Positions 58,909 through 64,000 of a stretch of 64,000 bases of DNA are shown here, piece after piece. The position numbers were made by a program, and so were the translations under genes. The notes beneath the pieces are model-generated. The model was not told the origin of the DNA and did no database searches. It saw nothing but the letters and a program-made list of their open reading frames with translations. Source of the DNA: Naegleria gruberi. Its lineage: Eukaryota. Position 1 is the first letter of the stretch; each line of letters opens with the position of its first letter. Where the stretch lies: NCBI GenBank assembly GCA_000004985.1, contig GG738875.1; one strand, 5' to 3'.

Positions 58909-60361
58909 TTAAACCTTAATAAGAGAAGCAGAGACAGAGGAAGCTTGATTGAGTCCACTGATAGCATACAATGTGTGCCAACAATTACTAGCTGGCCAAG
59001 TGAATACGAAACTTTGTCCATTATTAAGAGCTCCACTATTGATTACCTTTGTAGAATCTGAACAATCCAAATTGAATGAAAGACGCAATTGACCTCCCCC
59101 AGTTGTAATAGCAGTGAGATTGTATGATTGACCAGCAATTGGCTTGGCCCAATTCAACTTGGCAAAACCAGTTCCATTACTATTGGTTTGAGTAACACGA
59201 GCACTCTTGGAAGGGAAAACTACAGCTTGTTGATAAGTATCAAAAACTCCCAAAGCATCACCAGATTGCAAGGTCCATGGTCCTCTCATTGACAACAAGT
59301 TTTGATTTTGTGAAAAAGTAACTGGTTGACCATTACCATTCAACCAACTGGAGGCACTAACAAGAGGACGCAAAGCTTCTCTAATAGTTTGCAATTCACT
59401 GGCTGCGGTGTTGCTCCAACCACCAGGAGGATGCAAAGAGTAATTAGCTCCAATTTCAACATAGATTGCATAAGGAGTTCCAACATTTCTATCAACTACT
59501 CTAGCTCCATAAGTTTTCAAAGTTTCTGCAACTTTTCTAAGCTTTTGAGTAGTCAACTTGGAAGCATTGAATGAGGATGGAAGCATTAACAAACTACCTT
59601 CTGGAATAGCTCCATAATTGGTTGTAGAAGCATCACCATCTGCAGAAGTTGCTGGGAAAACATAAGTGTTACTACCATTAGCAAGAGCATTGTAAGTTAA
59701 AGATAAAGCCAATGCGTGTCTGTACATGACATCACCATCATCAACTTCGTGCTTTCTTATAATACCAGCAGAACTGACAATACCAACGGCACGAGCACCT
59801 TGATAGTAATGAGCTGGATCTCCCCAACCAGTTCCATCCAAAGCAGCCCATCCATAAAGAGTAGCTCTCCAAACACCTGTGACATTCTTGAGTTGCCAGA
59901 ATGAGTGAATAACCTTTGCAATTGGATCCTACAATAAAATATATTCGATAGTTCAATACGTTAACAATTTTGAACATTACAAGAATACTTACATAAATTT
60001 CACAATGTCCATCAGATCCAGTGGCTGGAACAGCATTAGCTGGCCAACGTGGAATTACCATACTAGTAACATAACCTCCAATATCAACATTCTTAATACC
60101 AACAGTTGCTGAAGGTCCGTAAACGGTCATTGGTTGATCGGTTGCTGAAGCAACATAAACACCAGTTGAGTAAGCACCTCCTTGAACAGTTGGGAAATAA
60201 GTTGATGCTGGAACTGTTACACCTGAAAGAATTGGGTTGACTGGACGACTATTCCACAATGAGTTGACAGAGAATGGTTTGTTGACTGTTCCCCATTGTG
60301 CTGCTACAGAATATGCAGCAGCGAGATAACAAAAAGTAATAGCTAGGATTACTTTAAACAT
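58909..60361 (-). CDS. predicted secreted protein, two exons, unknown family
   Basis: The signal peptide is 'MFKVILAITFCYLAAAYSVAAQ'. Exon 1 ends at a GTAAGT donor near 59996. The acceptor '...ttattgtag' lies near 59932. The reading frame continues as '...GHCEIY|MDPIAKVIHSFWQL...'. Confidence 0.45.
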
Positions 60362-61129
60362 TTTGATTTTTTTTGTTTCGAATAATGTTTAGGTTGTTTA
60401 ACAATGATCTTTTTAAAGGGGTTTGGTTTGTTACTGTTTCTAATAGATTACGAGACATAACTAACCATGTTCTAGTGCGGAATGTCAACTTGAATTAAAA
60501 TGTTTAGTATATTCACAAATCATTATTCGAATTAGTATGTGAATCATCATGAGATCTCGAATAAAACGCGAAAACCATACGAATTTCCAATACATTGTTA
60601 AATAATCCACGATTCGGCTGCTCTACAATCATACAATGATTGTAAAACAATGTTAAAAGTCCCACCTTATCAAAGGTTATTCAATGAACTGGAATGTTTT
60701 AATTAAACAATATCTTTATACTACGACTACTGTAGAATATTGTAATGTTAAATTGTCAGCTGTTTATTTTCAAATTTGAAAAAATAGCTTGCAAAATGAT
60801 TCGCTCTAGAAATTTATTGGTTTTTTGCTTGCATTTATCATTGCTCCATTGCAATCAATGATGACTAAAATAATATAATGAATTAATTAATACTTTATCA
60901 TGAACATTCCTATCATGATCAAATTATCTTAGATCTGCTCAGAATTAACAAGTACTAATTACATTCTTTGCTAAATAGATGGTTACTGTTGAACATCTCT
61001 TTAATTGTAGCTATCAATCTATTTTGCACAGCTGTCATAATCAGCTTCAAACAGATTTTTTTTCTGGGGCCATTTCCTCCAAATGTTCCTTATCATCCCT
61101 AACATACTTTCTGAGAATCTTTTCACATT

Positions 61130-61340
61130 ATGTTGCTACAATAATACAAGCTAAAGTAAATGGAGAACGATTCTTGCTATCCTTAATGTTGTAATCAGCT
61201 CCATGTTCCAATAAAAATTCAACCTAGTTTACCAATCTGTAAAATACTGCACCATGGAGAGAAGCCCATTGATCTCCAATCTTGAGCTTTTCATTGAGGA
61301 GATGTTGCTTTTCAGAGGTTTTGCACAACATAATGACAGG
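61130..61340 (-). pseudogene. ankyrin-repeat gene fragment with in-frame stop codons
   Basis: The minus-strand translation is 'ASLHGAVFYRLVN*VEFLLEHGADYNIKDSKNRSPFTLACIIVAT*CEKIL'. It matches the ANK consensus perfectly except for one TAG and one TAA in frame. There is no room for introns. Confidence 0.4.
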
Positions 61341-62662
61341 CTCGCTTTGTATAACAGAGATCTGTCACAAGACAACTTTAAAAAAATGCAAAACTTAACA
61401 TTCATTATTATGAGTAAATAGTCAAACAACTCAGATAAGCTCAATAATCTGTAAAACTTCAATCCTTAAATGTTGTACTGGTTGAAAATCCATTTTTTTG
61501 TTGTCAATTATCCTTTGTTGTATTTCAAGTGAAACAGGTTTTTGCTCGGTGAAGTGAAACATCATTGCCATGGTTTGAAAAGATTCCAACAATTAAAATT
61601 CTATGGGTTTGCCTTACCAATAATAGGACTATTTTCTGCTTCCGTCCCTTGAACTTTTTTAAACTCCACATGTCAATCTTTCATAATACTGAACTGGTCA
61701 GATAATCACGTCACTGACCATTGTATAAAAAAACCACCGCATAATAATTCACCAGATTTAAACAAATACTATCAGTTGACCACAAAGATCACCTCCAATT
61801 TCATATCAATATTCGTTATATCTTGTTTTATCAAATTCCTAATACTATTGACCCCAACTTTATATTCCCCAGATATTCATCTGACTAAACGCCACAAATC
61901 CAAAAAACTGTTTGAAAAATTTGGAGGCAAACGTAAAAATTGACTTTTTGAGAAGTAAAAAAATTTCGCAAACACACATCTTGGAGCTTGTGCGAAGAAG
62001 AATATTCAAAGCAAGGAACACACGGAAACAGCAACATTGATAGTAGTTTGTTTTCATTGCTGTAATCATCAATTCATCATTTAGTGAAATTTCCGATTGG
62101 TAAATAGTTGGTGGACGAACATCTTGTAGACAGAGAGTGTTGTTATTGTTCATCATCAGTAGCATTGGAATATATTCTAACATAAAATCGGAAGGTTTTT
62201 TAAAGTAACCAATTTAGAGGCTGATAATTTGTAGACTTTCCAGTCATTAAATTCTAGTTGGTTGATAATCTTCCAATTATAATTGTAGCAAGCATTTGAC
62301 TGGCTACCAATATTACTTTGATCAAAGCTTAGCCATCAGTTTGGATCCGCTAAATTGCAACAGTATTGTTTGTGGTAGGAAGATTGTTGCATAATTTTTT
62401 TCTATTGCTAAAGAGGATTCTCTTCGTGACTCCTCGTTGTTATTAAGATTCTCTTTACAAAAAGAATCAAGAATCAGATCCTCAACCTTCTGTTTTGACT
62501 GGCTCTTAAGAAAGACAAAGAATCCAATACCATTCAACAGATATTGAATTCAACTTTTGGAAGTATCCAACAAAATAGACAACACTTGTCACTGCTTTTG
62601 TGATTGATCTAACTGTTTTAGAAGATAGCTCAAGATAACGGTTCCTCTTGCATTTCAGTCGT

Positions 62663-64000
62663 TTTTGAAAAATGTTCAATAATCCAAATGCATCCCACTT
62701 TCTTGGAGCTTCAGGAAGAAGAGGCAGCACCAGCTCCACTGCCAGCTCAACTTCATCAAGTCCATTCTTTCCCACCAGCATTCTCCAAAACAATGCATTC
62801 AATTTGAATCAACAAATTAATAATGTGAAAGGAACACCACCAATTCTTTCGACTGGCTACTACTTTCAACAATACCAAAAGCAAATAGAACAAAATAAGT
62901 CACTACGAAATACATTCAATTCGCCATCCATTCAAAGACAATCACCACAAGAATTGGCTACCACTCTTTATAGAACATCTACTGTTACAGGTAAACAACC
63001 AACTCTTGATTTTGTAATGAATAGACAAGAAGAAGAAGGTAACAATTCGAGTATGAATAGTGTTAAGAAAAATAATGCGAGCACTTCATCTTTCTCAACA
63101 GATTTACACAATAGTATGCAATCCATGAATAGTCACCAACAGGATTCATCCTCCTCTTCGACCACCTCAATTTTAACTACTGCGAATAATAACAATATAA
63201 TGACAAACAATAACACATCCTATCCAGTTAATTTCATTACACAAAATCAATCACAACCATATCAAAGTTTGTTTTCTTCCCAAACAAGTACCCCAATATT
63301 ACAAGGCAGCAGTCAACAACAACTCCACCACCACAATAAGATTACAAATGCAACTCTATGTAATTCACCATTTGGAGAATTTGAGCACGAACCTCACCAA
63401 TCCAAGAGAGACGAACAAGGAAACAATCAGAGCAAGACCATAATAACGAACAACGCGCCTTCTCTTGTGCAACAACAAAACAAGTCTAAAAAATTATCAG
63501 AAGGAACAACAAATTCCAAAACAAACAAATGNNNNNNNNNNNNNNNNNNNNNNNNNNNNNNNNNNNNNNNNNNNNNNNNNNTGTTGTTGAAAACATCTTC
63601 TTCATCATTATCACCAACTCTAAACAATAATTATTTAAATTCTATTGTTGTTAATAATAACCAAGGAGTTCAACTTGAAAATACCTTGGGTGAAAATTAT
63701 TCTTCAACAAACTCTTCCTCCGCCACAAGAAAACAATCTGCTGGGATTGTACCATCCTCCCCTAAAGAAGCAAACAAACAGTTTCTGTCGCAAAGAAATA
63801 ACATGTCTGTGAGTACAGCATCGAGCAATAATAACATGCTGATGAATCCTTCATCAGCATCACCAACCAAACAAAGTCCGCATCTTACCTCTTCACTTAA
63901 AACTAATGTTGGTTTTACGAGTATGCAGCCTCCTTCAAGCAGTTCATCAACAATTCCATCTTCCAATAGAAAGCTAGATATTCCCACGACGTCGAATAAT
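62663..64000 (+). CDS. S/T/N/Q-rich low-complexity protein (transcription-factor-like), 5' part; continues beyond window and across a scaffold gap
   Basis: Hand translation from the ATG at 62663 is open in one frame to the N-run at 63532 ('MFNNPNASHFLGASGRRGSTSSTASS...'). An open frame resumes after the gap and runs to the window end. The ORF is missing from the supplied track, probably because of the Ns. Confidence 0.4.
63532..63581. other. assembly gap (50 N)
   Basis: A run of exactly 50 n characters. This is a draft-scaffold joint. Confidence 0.99.

Noticed and set aside
61130-61340. Possibility that TAG/TAA encode amino acids (ciliate-type code), suggested by the perfect ankyrin consensus with in-frame stops
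   Set aside because: Every well-identified gene in the window terminates at TAA or TAG, including Rpt6, Pirin, WASP, the AKR and HMGB. Conserved domains elsewhere have no internal stops. A pseudogene is the simpler explanation.
1-64000. Prokaryotic operon/defence-island interpretation and CRISPR arrays
   Set aside because: Consensus spliceosomal introns (GTAAGT...YAG) are required to reconstruct conserved proteins. tRNA and 5S genes have Pol III-type T-run terminators. There are no repeat-spacer arrays. The only tandem repeats are a (TA)n run and degenerate LRR units.

Overview
This is a eukaryotic nuclear window: AT-rich, with short GTAAGT...AG spliceosomal introns (about 40-160 nt), many Asn/Gln/Ser low-complexity coding runs, and compact divergent and convergent gene spacing. 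It is not prokaryotic. From composition alone the best fit is a dictyostelid-like amoebozoan, but the taxon is my inference and is not proven here. The supplied ORF track calls GTG/TTG starts as Met, and several genes are multi-exon, so many listed ORFs are exon fragments. I re-joined exons by hand wherever the splice sites were readable.

Recognisable housekeeping and signalling genes:
- Bud23-type 18S rRNA methyltransferase.
- A PTB/hnRNP-L-like RRM protein with an RGG tail.
- An SLC13/DASS-family anion transporter with three exons.
- A camello/NAT8-like GNAT acetyltransferase.
- tRNA-Val(AAC).
- A five-exon aldo-keto reductase.
- Two dispersed 5S rRNA genes.
- A WASP homologue (WH1-CRIB-polyPro-WH2/acidic).
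- A two-HMG-box protein.
- The proteasome ATPase Rpt6/PSMC5.
- Pirin.
- An actin-related protein.
- A TPR-ankyrin-MYND protein.
- A RhoGAP-LIM protein.
- A BRCT-F-box-LRR protein.
- Several predicted secreted or membrane proteins.

The stand-out feature is a tight cluster of ubiquitin-system genes at about 23.7-44 kb:
- A roughly 13 kb gene for a giant RNF213-like protein, with dynein-like AAA Walker motifs, an RZ-type zinc finger, and N-terminal exons that include a Cys-rich module.
- A divergently transcribed ubiquitin-like-TerD fusion gene.
- A small stand-alone beta-grasp ORF.
- A canonical two-domain UBA1-like E1 whose reading frame runs, by splicing, into a complete USP-type deubiquitinase domain. 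This E1-DUB fusion is a domain architecture I do not recognise as described.
- An A20-zinc-finger/F-box protein immediately downstream.

Other oddities:
- A degenerate ankyrin pseudogene fragment with in-frame stops.
- A decayed RNI-type LRR tandem repeat.
- An inverted pair of short dispersed repeats flanking the 5S/WASP segment.
- A truncated 5S-like fragment.
- A 50-N scaffold gap.
- Two or three places where conserved coding sequence changes frame without room for an intron. These are assembly indels or pseudogenisation and need checking.
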